From an uncultured Clostridia bacterium (GTDB taxonomy: Bacteria > Bacillota > Clostridia > Lachnospirales > Lachnospiraceae): a stretch of 64,000 nt of DNA. Of this stretch, positions 62,113 through 64,000 are shown in pieces. The stretch covers positions 11,057-75,056 of the forward strand of contig CAMFVG010000031.1 in the NCBI GenBank assembly GCA_945992055.1, in the 5' to 3' direction. The notes under the pieces are model-generated. The model made no database searches. It was not told the origin of the DNA and saw only the letters and a list, made by a program, of their open reading frames with translations. The first letter of the stretch is position 1. Every line of letters starts with the position of its first letter. Made by a program: the position numbers and the translations under genes.

Positions 62113-63000
62113 ATGCAAAAGACACAAATAAAAAACGCACTTTTATTATTGTTGACGGCGATTATTTGGGGAAGTGCATTTGTTGCACAGAGTGTGGGGA
62201 TGGAACATGTAGAACCATTTACCTTTACTTGTGTGCGGAGCGTGATTGGCGGCATTGTCTTGATTCCATGTATGTTCCTTTTGGGAAAGTGGAAAAAAGG
62301 ATTTGCAACCAAAGTGGAATGGATTGGCGGTATTTTTTGCGGAATTGCCTTATGTGCAGCCAGCAATTTTCAACAAGTGGGTATGAAGTATACAACCGTA
62401 GGGAAAGCAGGTTTTATTACGGCTCTTTATGTGGTGATCGTACCACTTTTAGGGTTATTTATGAAGAAACGGGTATCGTTTTTAATCTGGATTTGTGTGG
62501 GGCTATCTGTAGTGGGCTTATATCTTCTTTGCATGCCGCCGGGGGCTTTTGAAATTTCATTTGGAGACCTGTTGGTGTTAGTATGTGCCCTCTTGTTTTC
62601 TCTACATATTTTAGTAATTGATTATTTTTCCCCAAAAGGTGACGGAGTAGTGATTTCCTGTATTCAGTTTTTTGTCTGTGGGATCCTTTCCGGGATTATG
62701 ATGTTATTTACAGAAACTCCGAATGTTGGGAACATTATAGATGCCAAATGGGCGATTTTGTACGCCGGCGTGTTGTCAAGTGGAATTGCTTACACCTTGC
62801 AGGTGGTGGCACAGAAAAATGTGAACCCGACTGTGGCATCTTTGATTCTGTGTTTGGAATCAGTGGTGGCAGTTCTGGCAGGTTGGATTGTGCTTAATCA
62901 GGATTTGTCACCCCGAGAAATTTTGGGTTGTATTCTTATGTTTGTAGCAATTGTATTGGCACAGATGCCAATTCCAAATCGAAAGAAAGAGAGGATATAG
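62113..63000 (+). CDS. DMT/EamA family transporter
   Basis: IWGSAFVAQ; about 10 TM helices; KAGFITALYVV, LESV. Confidence 0.9.
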   Translation: MQKTQIKNALLLLLTAIIWGSAFVAQSVGMEHVEPFTFTCVRSVIGGIVLIPCMFLLGKWKKGFATKVEWIGGIFCGIALCAASNFQQVGMKYTTVGKAGFITALYVVIVPLLGLFMKKRVSFLIWICVGLSVVGLYLLCMPPGAFEISFGDLLVLVCALLFSLHILVIDYFSPKGDGVVISCIQFFVCGILSGIMMLFTETPNVGNIIDAKWAILYAGVLSSGIAYTLQVVAQKNVNPTVASLILCLESVVAVLAGWIVLNQDLSPREILGCILMFVAIVLAQMPIPNRKKERI

Positions 63001-63001
63001 T

Positions 63002-63769
63002 ATGGGTGAGCAATACTTATCAATTGTAAATTCAGGAACGTTTTATTTGATTATTGCGGGGGTTCTCTCCCTTATTACAGTTATGTGTATAGTATTCTTG
63101 ATAAAAAGTTATCGGGCAGGCATTAAAATAGGGATGGATAAGTCCATCCTTCGGAAAACGATTATTTCAAGTGCGACCTTTACGTTGCTGCCATCTATTA
63201 GTATTTTGCTTGGTGTTATTGCACTCAGTGGAAGTTTGGGAGTTCCATTTTCTTGGCTTCGTCTATCCGTAATCGGTGCGTTGCAGTATGAATTAAATGT
63301 GGCAGAAGTGGCGGCGCAGAGCCTGGGACTTGCAGGATTAAAGCCGGAATTAATGAGTATGGAAGCATTTGTCACGATTGCGCTTGTTATGACTGTTGGT
63401 ATTTTGGGAGGGGTTGTTTGCTGTCTCTTTTTCCTAAAGAAATATTTGGGTAAGCTTCAGAAAGCGCCGAAAAAGGAAAGTACCGGAAAACCGGGGTTTG
63501 GTGCACATGCCACAACAGCGTTGTTCGTGGGATTGTGCGGAGCATATATTGGAGCTTATGTAGGAGAAGCTATTGTGGGACGTCCAATGGAAACTGGAGG
63601 GTTTGCGCGGGATTTGATGCCACTTACCGTTGCATGTATTGCTGCAGCGGCCATGGCGGTATTTGAATTCTTTATCCAGAAAAAAGACAAGAAAGTACTT
63701 GAAAACTTTAGCTTGGCGGCAAGCATGTTAATTGCTATGACAGCTGCTGTGCTGATTCAATTTATGTAG
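63002..63769 (+). CDS. DUF5058-like membrane protein
   Basis: LG.PFSWLRLSVIGALQYE motif; multiple TM helices. Confidence 0.7.
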   Translation: MGEQYLSIVNSGTFYLIIAGVLSLITVMCIVFLIKSYRAGIKIGMDKSILRKTIISSATFTLLPSISILLGVIALSGSLGVPFSWLRLSVIGALQYELNVAEVAAQSLGLAGLKPELMSMEAFVTIALVMTVGILGGVVCCLFFLKKYLGKLQKAPKKESTGKPGFGAHATTALFVGLCGAYIGAYVGEAIVGRPMETGGFARDLMPLTVACIAAAAMAVFEFFIQKKDKKVLENFSLAASMLIAMTAAVLIQFM

Positions 63770-63780
63770 GAGGTGGAGAT

Positions 63781-64000
63781 ATGAACGAAAAGCAGAAGTT
63801 TTTTGACGAATTTAATAAAGGTCTCCATCGAATTGGAAAGGCAATGATGGTACTGACGATTATATTGCTTACAGGAGTCCCATTTTTAATTGCAATTATG
63901 AACCAAGTTACCATTGATGGAAAAGGCTTCCTCGCGGGCATGATAAATATTGGATTTTTATATATTGCAATCTCTGTTGTAGAGTTTCTGATTTATACTC
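63781..64000 (+). CDS. Membrane protein, 3'-truncated by the window edge
   Basis: RBS AGGAGGTGG; MNEKQKFFDEFNKGLHRIGKAMMVLTIILL..., frame open to the end. Confidence 0.7.
   Translation, partial: MNEKQKFFDEFNKGLHRIGKAMMVLTIILLTGVPFLIAIMNQVTIDGKGFLAGMINIGFLYIAISVVEFLIYT

Overview
About 64 kb of chromosome from a low-GC anaerobic Firmicute, most likely Lachnospiraceae/Clostridia (inferred from gene content and order). Nearly all genes are on the + strand, and the rpsF-ssb-rpsR...gdpP-rplI-dnaB block suggests the window lies near the replication origin. Core genes: dgt, tadA, the large SRP RNA, trmL, a complete F1Fo ATP synthase operon whose c subunit carries a Na+-binding signature, aroK, murA, galE, mutS2, yhaM, rlmD, pckA and a 2[4Fe-4S] ferredoxin that the ORF track missed. 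The most notable items are four. (1) Pyruvate formate-lyase is split cleanly into a catalytic-barrel gene and a separate 80-aa glycyl-radical gene. (2) A capsule regulatory module (CpsB/C/D, LCP) has no glycosyltransferases in the window and runs instead into a class B sortase, two paralogous surface proteins and a RiPP-like cassette (HprK-like kinase, PqqD/RRE, S24/S26 peptidase, degenerate deacetylase, ABC exporter) with no evident precursor peptide. (3) An ~8 kb cassette couples an O-antigen-ligase-like protein to a transpeptidase-only PBP and a 1649-aa LRR surface protein. (4) Three surface proteins share a juxta-anchor domain ending in an HLS/DLS/GFS motif reminiscent of autoproteolytic domains. 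There is also a HigBA-like toxin-antitoxin pair. I found no CRISPR array, tRNA, rRNA, integrase or transposase. All calls come from motif recognition by eye; no database searches were run.
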